Source of the DNA: an uncultured Pirellulales bacterium
Lineage (GTDB): Bacteria; Planctomycetota; Phycisphaerae; Sedimentisphaerales; Anaerobacaceae
Direction of reading: 5' to 3'
DNA: 33,044 bases
NCBI GenBank assembly: GCA_964559025.1
Contig: CAZLIO010000001.1
Span: forward strand, 1 to 33,044
The notes beneath the pieces were generated by a model that saw only the letters and a program-made list of their open reading frames with translations, made no database searches and had not been told where the DNA came from. This document shows, one piece after another, positions 16,590-25,494 of the stretch. A program made the translations under genes and the position numbers. Numbering within the stretch: position 1 is the first letter of the stretch; every line of letters begins with the position of its first letter.

Positions 16590-18005
16590 ATGGCAAAACC
16601 AATAAAGACAACCGGAAAGAAACGAAAGAAAAAATCCTCCTCTAAGGTCACCGGAGTCAAGAGCAAAAAGGCTTTTAGGAACTATCAGCAGGCCATTGAC
16701 TACCTGTTTGCGAGGACCGATTACGAGAAGCAGGAGCGTCTGCGCTATAACGTCACGACGTTCAACCTCAGCAGGATGCAAAAACTGCTCTCGTTATTGG
16801 GCAATCCACACAAAAAAATCCATACAGTCCATATAGGCGGCACAAAAGGAAAGGGCTCAACAGCCACGATGTTAGCCAGGATGCTCGAAGCGAACGGCTA
16901 TAGAGTTGGACTATACACGTCACCCCATGTGGTACACCTGCACGAGCGGATTACGGTCAATACAAAAATGATTAGCGACTCGGAAATGTGTGGCTTACTG
17001 AACCGAGTTTACGCTCCGGTTGAGAAGATGTCAAAGACCGACCCCCTCACTTTCTTTGAGATTATGACAGCCTTGGCATTTATGTATTTTCTCGATAAGG
17101 CGGTTGATATTGCCGTTATTGAAACCGGTCTGGGCGGCAGACTCGACAGCACAAACGTTATTCGGCCCAAAGTCATCGGCATAACCAGTTTAAGTATTGA
17201 CCATCAGAACCTGCTTGGGGACACTATTGACAGCATTGCAAAAGAGAAAGCGGGCATTTTCAAGCGTGGTGTCCCTGCTATTACTGTTCAGCAGGAACCC
17301 TCGGCCATGCGTGTCCTGAAATCGCAGGCTATCGCTGTCAAAGCGTCTTTGAGCGTAACCGGCAGCGATATTGATTTTTCGCATCGTTTTGAAACCTCGC
17401 GCGAGCACGGCCCGCACACGAGAATCTGCCTGACAACCCCGACCAGTAAATTTGAGCATCTTCGGGTACCGCTGCACGGCAAACATCAGGCAATCAACTG
17501 CGGCCTGGCATTAGCTATTCTGGATAAACTCAAATCGGCCGGATACAAGATAGACAACAACAAGGCCGCTGAGGGACTTCATAAGGTCTCGTTGGCAGGC
17601 CGAATGGAGATGATTTGGGACGACCCCAGAATTATGATCGACGCTGCTCACAATGCCGCAAGTATTAAGGCCCTGATTCATGCAATAGGCCAGAATATTC
17701 CTTATGATTCTATGGTGGTAATCTTCGGCTGCAACTCTGACAAGGACGTCAAAGGAATGCTCCAGAAATTACAATACGGTGCTGACAAGGTGATTTTCAC
17801 CCGCAGCAACTCACCCAAAGCAGTGTCGCCGGAAGATTTAGCTGAGATGTACACCGAGATATGCGGCAAGATGTACCAGACCGCCGCCACTTTGGACCAG
17901 GCATTACAACTGGCTAAAAACGCCGTCAGCAAAGAAGACCTGATTTGTATTACCGGCAGTTTTTATCTCATCGGCCAGGCAAAAATGCGCTTCCAGCAGA
18001 ACTAA
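16590..18005 (+). CDS. folC: Folylpolyglutamate synthase/dihydrofolate synthase with a Lys-rich N-terminal extension
   Basis: It has the P-loop GGTKGKGST, the Mur-ligase-type ETGLGGRLDSTN and the ...DAAHN motif. It is 471 aa. Confidence 0.85.
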   Translation: MAKPIKTTGKKRKKKSSSKVTGVKSKKAFRNYQQAIDYLFARTDYEKQERLRYNVTTFNLSRMQKLLSLLGNPHKKIHTVHIGGTKGKGSTATMLARMLEANGYRVGLYTSPHVVHLHERITVNTKMISDSEMCGLLNRVYAPVEKMSKTDPLTFFEIMTALAFMYFLDKAVDIAVIETGLGGRLDSTNVIRPKVIGITSLSIDHQNLLGDTIDSIAKEKAGIFKRGVPAITVQQEPSAMRVLKSQAIAVKASLSVTGSDIDFSHRFETSREHGPHTRICLTTPTSKFEHLRVPLHGKHQAINCGLALAILDKLKSAGYKIDNNKAAEGLHKVSLAGRMEMIWDDPRIMIDAAHNAASIKALIHAIGQNIPYDSMVVIFGCNSDKDVKGMLQKLQYGADKVIFTRSNSPKAVSPEDLAEMYTEICGKMYQTAATLDQALQLAKNAVSKEDLICITGSFYLIGQAKMRFQQN

Positions 18006-18148
18006 TCAATTGCGAGAAGTTAAATTCCAGCCATTCTTGGCGACAAAAGACATATTCATATTGCACTCATCGTGTCTTTATTTTATCCAAGACCCTGGGC
18101 TAGCGCCCTGTCAAGCATGCTTTGAGGAATCCAGTACCATCAATAAGT

Positions 18149-18201
18149 CCGGATTCCCACCCATTCGGCTTCGCTCAGGGCAGGCTTTTTGCGAGAATGA
18201 C
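18149..18201 (+). repeat. Interspersed ~51-nt element, copy B
   Basis: The sequence is GGATTCCCACCCATTCGGCTTCGCTCAGGGCAGGCTTTTTGCGAGAATGAC. It aligns with copies at 29274-29324 (+) and 15382-15436 (-). It is flanked by the 8-bp inverted repeat CTGTCAAG...CTTGACAG. Confidence 0.5.
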
Positions 18202-18258
18202 AAACCATCATTTGAGCCTTGACAGACCACTATCAAAGAGCGAAAGGAGCGAATTGTC

Positions 18259-18292
18259 TCATAGTCTTTTTGATTAATCAAAAAGACTATGA
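18259..18292. promoter_or_regulatory. Perfect 34-nt palindrome upstream of rhaB (candidate operator or hairpin)
   Basis: TCATAGTCTTTTTGATTAATCAAAAAGACTATGA. Every position pairs around the 18275/18276 centre. It lies 128 nt upstream of ATG 18420. Confidence 0.4.
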
Positions 18293-18419
18293 ACCTTTCT
18301 CCTGCGAGTGTATTCTCAATCTCCTTTTTCAATACCTCGATTTTCGGTTTGCAATAGCAGAGAATCTGGGTTATAAAGTCATTTCTTCAAAATTAAACAC
18401 TTGTAATAAGGAGCTGACG

Positions 18420-19895
18420 ATGGCGGAAATAAAAAAATATATCGCCGTTGACCTTGGCGCCGAGAGCGGCAGAGTGATGCTTGGCTCGGTTTCGGCACGG
18501 AAACTTGTTCTCGAAGAAATCCATCGTTTCGATAATGGGCCGATTGAAGAGCACGGCTCGCTGCGCTGGGATTTTGACAGGCTGTTTTACGAAGTTAAGT
18601 CCGGTATCAGCAAAGCGACAAGAGCGGCAGGCGCGCAGGTATGGGGCATCGGCGTCGATAGCTGGGGCGTAGATTTCGGCCTGCTCGACGTCGATGGCAA
18701 ACTCGTTGAGAATCCTTTTCACTATCGCGACAGCCAGACCAACGGGATGAAGGAAAGGGCGTTTGAGATGATGAGCAAACGCGACATTTAAGAAAACACC
18801 GGCGTGCAGTTTATGCAGCTAAACAGCGTTTATCAGCTGCTCGCAATGCGTCTGAATTATTCGATTGCCTTAGCCAAAGCTAATAATCTGATTTTCATTG
18901 CTGATTTGGTTTCGTACTTTCTGTGCGGCAAGATTTTCGCAGAATACAGTCTTGCCAGCACATCACAATTTATGGATATGAGGACAGGCCAATGGTCCAA
19001 AGAGGTCCTGGATAGATTGTCTCTGCCGATTCACATCATGCCGAAAATCGTCGAGCCCGGGACCGTTGTGAGCCAGTTGTCCGGCAGGATTGGAATAGAG
19101 CTCCGCTGTGGGCCAATTCCGGTTATTGCTATCGGCTCACACGATACTGCTTCAGCCGTCGTCGCTGTGCCCGCTGCCGGGAGTGCTAATTGGGCGTATC
19201 TTTCATCGGGAACCTGGTCCCTTATGGGCGTTGAAGTGCCGAAGGCAATTGTCAATGATAAAACCTTTGCATACGAGTTCACAAATGAAGGCGGAGTTGA
19301 AAAAACGATTCGGCTTCTCAAAAACATAATGGGACTATGGCTCATGCAGGAATGCAGGAGGCAATGGCAGCGTGAGGGGACCGACCTGTCCTATGCGGAC
19401 CTGGCGGCTTTGGCGGAAAAAGCCGAACCGTTTGCCAGTCATATTGACGTTGATTACAGCGGATTTCTTGCACCCGGTGATATGCCGAAGAGAATTAACG
19501 ATTACCTGACAGAGACCGGCCGGAATCCAATCGACGATAAAGGGCAAATGATAAGAACGATACTGGAGAGCCTGGCCTTAAAGTATCGTTCCATAATGGA
19601 AGCTATCGAAGATGCTACGGGAAATACGATTGAGATATTGCATATTGTCGGCGGCGGAATACAAAATGAGCTGCTCTGCCAATTCACGGCCAATGCCCTC
19701 GGCAAGAAGGTAATCACCGGCCCGATTGAGGCAACGGCCAGCGGCAATATCCTGATGCAGGCCAAGGCCACAGGACAGATACAATCTCTGGCCCAGGCCA
19801 GAGAGATTGTCCGCAATTCATTTGAGATGAAAGAATATCAGCCGCAGGATGCCTCACTCTGGGATGAACAATACAAAAAAGTGCATGGCTCGTAA
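18420..19895 (+). pseudogene. rhaB: Rhamnulokinase (FGGY family) interrupted by a single in-frame TAA at 18789-18791
   Basis: The ORFs 18219-18791 and 18804-19895 are in the same frame. The joined product is collinear with E. coli RhaB as I remember it (AVDLGA.SGRV, GIDSWGVDF, YRDSRT, KRDI[Y]..TG.QF, SHDTASAV, LSSGTWSL, NEGG, LKNIMGLWL, HIVGGG). SD AAGGAG precedes ATG 18420. Confidence 0.85.
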
Positions 19896-19932
19896 GTGCA
19901 TAAGGAAATAACCAACAATAGAAAGATTCATT

Positions 19933-21276
19933 TTGATTGCAGAACTCGAAAGCAGATTAGATAGTTTCGACCCCAACGAAAGAAAGCAGGCCCTGACGGC
20001 ACTCTGTGAGAAAGTCCGGGCAGGTGAAATCACTTCGCCAAGATCCGGCACAGATGTTAATCTGCACTGTCATACCTTTTTCTCTTATAATACTTATGGC
20101 TATTCGCCGAGCAAATTTGCCTGGTTAGCCCGCAAAGCCGGGTTGGCCGTTGCAGAAGTAGTGGATTTTGATGTGTTGGATGCTTTGGAAGAGTTCCTTG
20201 CGGCAGCAAGGATGCTCGGTCTGAAGGCCTGTGCCGGTCTGGAAACCAGAGTCTTTGTACCGGAATTTGCCACCAGAGTAATGACATCGCCCGGTGAGCC
20301 GGGTATCACGTACCATATGGGAGTAGGGTTTCCGAGAGCCACACTGGGCGGTGAGCAAAAACAGTTCCTGCTGAATCTTCGCCAAACTGCACAGCAGAGG
20401 AATCAGGATTTGATGGGACGGGTGAATCAGCACTTAAAGCCGGTGGAGCTGAATTACGAAAAAGACGTGCTTGTTCTGACGCCGGGCGGCAACGCTACGG
20501 AGAGGCATATGTGTCTTGCCTATGTACGTAAGGCAAAGGAAATCTTCGGCGATGGAGATAAGCTTATAAAGTTCTGGTCTGAGAAGCTGGGAGTTGAGAT
20601 TGAATCGTTGGCATTGCCCCAGGGCAGAGAATTGCTGAATACGATTCGAGCGAAAACAATGAAACGCGGCGGCGTCGGGTATGTGCTGCCGGATAAAGGC
20701 TCATTTCCACTGATGGCTGATACCAACCGGTTTTTATTTGAGGCTGGCGCAATTCCAACTTTGACTTGGCTGGACGGCACCAGCGAAGGTGAAAGAGACA
20801 TAGAAGAGCTTTTAGATGTAGCTATGAGCACCGGCGCAGCGGCTATCAACGTTATCCCCGACCGCAATTATACGCCCGGAGCCAAAGGCGAAAAGCTTCA
20901 GAACCTCTACCAGGTGGTGGAATTAGCCCAAAAGCTGCATTTGCCGGTTGTAGAGGGAACAGAGATGAACAGCCCGGGACAGAAATTTGTTGACAACTTC
21001 GATACGGCGGAGCTGGAGCCGCTGGTGCCGGTATTTCTCAAAGGCGCCCACATCGTTTACGCCCATTCGGTGCTTCAACAGAAATGCGGCCTTGGCTATA
21101 CGAGCGACTGGGCAAAGAAAAACTTTAAAAGCGCTGCGGACAAAAACGAATTCTTCCAGCAGCTTGGAAGCTCACTTGAGCCACAGGACGAAGATAAACT
21201 TAGCACTTTAAGTGAGGACGTAACCGCTAAGGAAATATTGGACAAAGTGACCCGTGACTTGAAGCAAGAAGGGTGA
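19933..21276 (+). CDS. PHP-domain-like metal-dependent hydrolase, function unknown
   Basis: DVNLHCHTFFSYNTYGYSP...GLAVAEVVDFD resembles PHP motif I/II. The only in-frame start after stop 19909 is TTG 19933. Confidence 0.45.
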   Translation: MIAELESRLDSFDPNERKQALTALCEKVRAGEITSPRSGTDVNLHCHTFFSYNTYGYSPSKFAWLARKAGLAVAEVVDFDVLDALEEFLAAARMLGLKACAGLETRVFVPEFATRVMTSPGEPGITYHMGVGFPRATLGGEQKQFLLNLRQTAQQRNQDLMGRVNQHLKPVELNYEKDVLVLTPGGNATERHMCLAYVRKAKEIFGDGDKLIKFWSEKLGVEIESLALPQGRELLNTIRAKTMKRGGVGYVLPDKGSFPLMADTNRFLFEAGAIPTLTWLDGTSEGERDIEELLDVAMSTGAAAINVIPDRNYTPGAKGEKLQNLYQVVELAQKLHLPVVEGTEMNSPGQKFVDNFDTAELEPLVPVFLKGAHIVYAHSVLQQKCGLGYTSDWAKKNFKSAADKNEFFQQLGSSLEPQDEDKLSTLSEDVTAKEILDKVTRDLKQEG

Positions 21277-21286
21277 GGGACAAGTT

Positions 21287-22948
21287 ATGGCAGTTTTACC
21301 GAAAACGCAATATGCTGTGCAGTTAGTTGGGCCGGATGAGCTTGTCCTGAATAAGTCCAAGGAGGTTTTTCCGCCGGGCAGGCATCAGATTCTTTGCCGG
21401 GTCGAGGCGGTTGGACTTTGTTTTTCCGACCTTAAATTACTAAAGCAATTTTCCTCACATGTCCGCAAGAGCAAAATTGTTTCCGGCATTGATCTTGAAA
21501 TACTCAAGGAGATACCCAGCTATGTCCCCGGCGAAGCGCCGACAATACCCGGCCACGAAACTGTAGTCAGAATTGAGGCGGTTGGCCCCGCGGTGGAAAA
21601 TTTTAAGCCCGGCCAGCGTTTCCTTGTACAGACGGATTATCGCTGGGTGCGCACCGCCAGTTCCAACGCGGCATTCGGATACAATTTCGAAGGCGCTCTT
21701 GCCGAGTATGTGCTGATGGACGAAAGGGTCATAACCACACCGCAGGGCGACTCGATGCTTTTACCCGTCGGCGAGGAGCTTTCCGGCTCGGCTGTTGCTC
21801 TGGTAGAGCCGTGGGCCTGCGTTGAGGATGCCTATGTATCCGCCGAACGTACGAGTTTGAAAATAGATGGCCAGATGCTCATCGTTGCTGATACTGATGT
21901 AACTGAAAATACTTTTCAGAATCTGTTTAGTAGCTATGGAAGACCGGCTAAAATAACCTGGCTTTCAGAGGAGCCAATACTGGCTGAATTGGAGGCAGCC
22001 GCAGACAGGGCCGCAAGCATATCGGCGCTTATCGATGCCGGCTATGACGACATAATCTATTTTGGCTCTGATGCTAAGGTTGTTGAAGTATTGTTTGCAA
22101 AAGTTGCTTTGAATGGTATTCTCAATATCGTCCTTTGTGGCGACAGATTCGGCAGAGATGTTGTTACTACGGTTGGGCGGGTTCACTATGGTGGTATTCG
22201 AATAGTGGGTACTACAGGCTCGGACCCGGCTGAGTCTATGAAAGTGATTCCCGATACCGATGAAATTCGTCCCGGTGACAGGATTAATATTGTCGGAGCG
22301 GGCGGCCCGATGGGTATGATGCACGTCATACGAAACATCTGTCAGGGCGTCGAAGGCGTGAGCGTTTTTGCTTCCGACGTGGATGACAATCGGCTGGCCA
22401 CACTAACAAAAATTGCCAGGCCTTTAGCCGAGAAATATGATGTTACGTATGAGGCATACAATCCCTTGAAAGAAAAGGTTACCGAGGCATTTGACTACAC
22501 CGCTTTGATGGCGCCGATACCTGCTCTGGTTGCCGCTTCGGTGCATAGCGCCGCAGAACGGGGTTTAGTAAACATATTTGCCGGCATTCCCGCGACGGTT
22601 ACCGGCAAGGTTGACCTTGATGCTTATATAGAAAAGCGATTGTATTTCATCGGGACCAGCGGCTCAACTCTGGAGGATATGAAACGAATGCTGCAAAAAG
22701 CCGAATCCGGACGGCTTGATACAAACCTCAGCGTCGCGGCTGTTTGCGGGCTTGCCGGTGCGACCGACGGCATTCGAGCGGTTGAGAACCGTTCGATAGC
22801 AGGTAAGATTGTTGTTTACCCGGCCTGTAAAGATTTGCCGCTGCTGACGCTTGAGAAGATGAACGAAAAGATGCCAAAAGTTGCTGAGTGTCTAAACGAT
22901 GGCTTGTGGACCAGACAGGCCGAACTGAAACTTCTGGAAATGTATTAA
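21287..22948 (+). CDS. Long (553 aa) zinc-type medium-chain dehydrogenase/reductase (MDR) family oxidoreductase
   Basis: The GroES-like N-terminus has RVEAVGLCFSDL and PGHE. The Rossmann motif is VGAGGPMG. It is about 200 aa longer than a typical MDR, with an insert between the catalytic and nucleotide-binding parts. Confidence 0.7.
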   Translation: MAVLPKTQYAVQLVGPDELVLNKSKEVFPPGRHQILCRVEAVGLCFSDLKLLKQFSSHVRKSKIVSGIDLEILKEIPSYVPGEAPTIPGHETVVRIEAVGPAVENFKPGQRFLVQTDYRWVRTASSNAAFGYNFEGALAEYVLMDERVITTPQGDSMLLPVGEELSGSAVALVEPWACVEDAYVSAERTSLKIDGQMLIVADTDVTENTFQNLFSSYGRPAKITWLSEEPILAELEAAADRAASISALIDAGYDDIIYFGSDAKVVEVLFAKVALNGILNIVLCGDRFGRDVVTTVGRVHYGGIRIVGTTGSDPAESMKVIPDTDEIRPGDRINIVGAGGPMGMMHVIRNICQGVEGVSVFASDVDDNRLATLTKIARPLAEKYDVTYEAYNPLKEKVTEAFDYTALMAPIPALVAASVHSAAERGLVNIFAGIPATVTGKVDLDAYIEKRLYFIGTSGSTLEDMKRMLQKAESGRLDTNLSVAAVCGLAGATDGIRAVENRSIAGKIVVYPACKDLPLLTLEKMNEKMPKVAECLNDGLWTRQAELKLLEMY

Positions 22949-22969
22949 AATTCTTGGAAAGGACAAATT

Positions 22970-24154
22970 ATGGAACCGCTAACGAAACTAATCAGAAGAT
23001 TCTCAAAGCGAATGAAAAGATGTGATGTTTGGTTGGTTTGTACGCTATGGTTGGTTGCTTTTTTGATGGTCGGCTGTGAAGAGCAACAATCAGGATTCAG
23101 CGGCCTGGAAATGGGGATGGGGAATCTGGCGCGTTTGTCCTCTGCCGAGACGCGTTCGATCAGTCCGGAGAATTTCACCGGCGAAAAGGGCAAGGGAGGA
23201 ATGGCAACAGAGGGTACCGGCGCAAGGGCAGCCCGTGAATTGGGGCAGGGCTGGAAAGTCTCCCCCTCGGTCAGGATTACGCCGGGCCAGACCTTCGTAA
23301 TGGCGGACGTCGAAGGCTGCGGCGCCATTCAGCATATATGGATGACCCCGACCGGAAACAATCGCTTTAACATTTTGCGGATTTACTGGGATGGTGAAGA
23401 AAAACCCTCTGTGGAATGCCCGGCGGGGGACTTTTTCGCCTGCGGTATGGGTCAGTATGTCGGTGTCAACTCCATGGCGGTCTGTGTCAATCCGAAGAGC
23501 GGATTTAACTGTTACTGGGTAATGCCGTTTCGCAAAAGCTTTAAGATTACTATGACGAATATCGATGCCAAGCCAATGGTACTGTATTACCAGATAGACT
23601 ACACGCTGACTGATGTCCCGAAAGACGCGGCTTATTTGCACGCCCAGTTTCGTCGGGTAAATCCACTTCCCGACAAGCAGGATTATACCATTCTTGAGGG
23701 CGTGCGGGGAAAAGGGCACTACGTTGGAACTTATATGACCTGGGGCTCAAACAGTCCCGGCTGGTGGGGTGAAGGTGAAATTAAGTTCTTTATGGATGGT
23801 GACACAAAATTTCCCACGATTTGTGGGACCGGTACGGAAGATTACTTCTGCGGCTCTTATGGTTTCAGCAAATTCCAGGGCAGGGGGTATGAGGAATTCA
23901 GCAATCCTTACACGGGGATGCCGCAGGTTATAGAGTCCGAGACGCAGCCGCGTTTCGGGCTGTACCGCTGGCATATTATGGACCCGGTCAGGTTTGAAAG
24001 TGACCTGAAGGTAACGATGCAGGCGCTGGGCTGGAAGAGTGAGGGAAGGTATCTGCCTCTAAAAGATGACCTTTCTTCGGTTGCGTTCTGGTATCAAGCC
24101 GAGCCTCATGCGCCGTTTCCGAAATTACCGGACAAAGACTCTCTGAAAAATTGA
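22970..24154 (+). CDS. DUF2961 / GH172-family glycoside-hydrolase-like lipoprotein
   Basis: The lipobox is LMVGC. Motifs present are GAIQHIWMT, RIYWDGE, NCYWVMPF, GWWGEGE and CGTGTEDYF. Confidence 0.75.
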   Translation: MEPLTKLIRRFSKRMKRCDVWLVCTLWLVAFLMVGCEEQQSGFSGLEMGMGNLARLSSAETRSISPENFTGEKGKGGMATEGTGARAARELGQGWKVSPSVRITPGQTFVMADVEGCGAIQHIWMTPTGNNRFNILRIYWDGEEKPSVECPAGDFFACGMGQYVGVNSMAVCVNPKSGFNCYWVMPFRKSFKITMTNIDAKPMVLYYQIDYTLTDVPKDAAYLHAQFRRVNPLPDKQDYTILEGVRGKGHYVGTYMTWGSNSPGWWGEGEIKFFMDGDTKFPTICGTGTEDYFCGSYGFSKFQGRGYEEFSNPYTGMPQVIESETQPRFGLYRWHIMDPVRFESDLKVTMQALGWKSEGRYLPLKDDLSSVAFWYQAEPHAPFPKLPDKDSLKN

Positions 24155-24197
24155 AAGATACCCGCGGATTTTTAAGTTTTGAAAAGGTCGAAGCAAA

Positions 24198-25466
24198 ATG
24201 GCAGATACAAATGAAATCGAAAAAGCATACGAGCAGGCAAAGCAGCGTTATGCCGAGCTGGGCGTTGATACCGATGAGGCAATGGAGCGGCTGAGCAGCA
24301 CGGCGATATCGCTGCACTGCTGGCAGGGGGATGACGTCGGGGGATTTGAAAGTGACGAAGGCCTCAGCGGCGGCGGCATAATGGCCACGGGTACATATCC
24401 CGGCAAGGCAAGAACAGCCGATGAGCTGCGGGCGGATTTGGAAAAGACGTTGAGCCTGATACCGGGTAAGCATCGGCTGAATCTGCACGCGATGTACGCA
24501 GAAACCAAAGGCAAGTTCGAGCGCAACGAATTGACCGCCGAGCATTTTACGGCGTGGATTGACTGGGCGAAGGCGAACGGCCTGGGAATGGATTTTAACG
24601 GCACGTTCTTTTCGCATCCGAAGGCCGAGAGCGGTTTCACGCTGTCCAGCGCGGACGAAGGGATACGGCGCTTCTGGGTAGAGCACGGAATCGTGTGCCG
24701 GGAAATCGGTGCGGCGATGGGAAAGGAATTAGGCACACCCTGTGTCACAAACTTGTGGATTCCAGACGGATATAAAGATATACCGGTTGACAGAAAAGGA
24801 CCTCGCCAGCGGCTTAAAAAGTCACTCGATGAGATATTCGCCGAACCGATGGACCGAAGCTGCCTTCTGGATGCCGTGGAGAGCAAGCTCTTCGGTATAG
24901 GCTCGGAAAGTTATGTCGTCGGCTCACACGAGTTTTACCTGGGCTATGCCATCGAAAATAAAACGCTGCTGTGCCTGGACACGGGACATTTTCATCCGAC
25001 GGAAGTTGTCTCCGACAAAATATCATCGGTGCTGACTTTTCTGGATGAGATTCTGCTTCATGTCAGCAGGGGCGTGCGGTGGGACAGCGACCACGTGGTT
25101 GTTCTCTCGGACGAGCTGCGGGCCATAACCGAACAGATAGTGCGGGGCGATTATCTTAAGAGGGTGCACATCGGCCTTGATTTTTTTGACGCCAGCATTA
25201 ACCGCATAGCGGCCTGGGTAATAGGGACGCGCTGTATGATAAAGGCGCTTTTGATCGCCCTCTTGGAGCCGGCGGAGAAGCTCCGCGAGACAGAGCTGGA
25301 CGGTGACTACACTGCACGTTTGGCGATGCTTGAAGAGCTTAAGACAATGCCCTTCGGGGCGGTCTGGGATTACTACTGCACAAAGCAGGATGTCCCGCCG
25401 GGACCGGACTGGTTGAAAGAAGTGAGTGACTACGAGACCAAGGTGACAAACTTAAGGCAAGGTTAA
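24198..25466 (+). CDS. rhaA: L-rhamnose isomerase
   Basis: It is near-collinear with E. coli RhaA as I remember it: [17 protein letters not shown]...[79 protein letters not shown]. Confidence 0.95.
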   Translation: MADTNEIEKAYEQAKQRYAELGVDTDEAMERLSSTAISLHCWQGDDVGGFESDEGLSGGGIMATGTYPGKARTADELRADLEKTLSLIPGKHRLNLHAMYAETKGKFERNELTAEHFTAWIDWAKANGLGMDFNGTFFSHPKAESGFTLSSADEGIRRFWVEHGIVCREIGAAMGKELGTPCVTNLWIPDGYKDIPVDRKGPRQRLKKSLDEIFAEPMDRSCLLDAVESKLFGIGSESYVVGSHEFYLGYAIENKTLLCLDTGHFHPTEVVSDKISSVLTFLDEILLHVSRGVRWDSDHVVVLSDELRAITEQIVRGDYLKRVHIGLDFFDASINRIAAWVIGTRCMIKALLIALLEPAEKLRETELDGDYTARLAMLEELKTMPFGAVWDYYCTKQDVPPGPDWLKEVSDYETKVTNLRQG

Positions 25467-25494
25467 ATAAATCTATAGACGGAAAGGGGAACAA

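Noticed and set aside
18010-18419. ORFs of 70 aa (+) and 73 aa (-) lie here, along with the 5' extension of the 190-aa ORF upstream of rhaB.
   Set aside because: They cross repeat copy B and the 34-nt palindrome, and both strands translate it to FLINQKDYE. The RhaB homology starts only at ATG 18420, which has an AAGGAG SD.
23988-24886. Long antisense ORFs (232 aa and 212 aa) lie opposite rhaA.
   Set aside because: The plus strand encodes an unmistakable full-length L-rhamnose isomerase. The antisense frames are Ser/Arg/Pro-rich, which is typical of shadow ORFs in GC-rich coding sequence.
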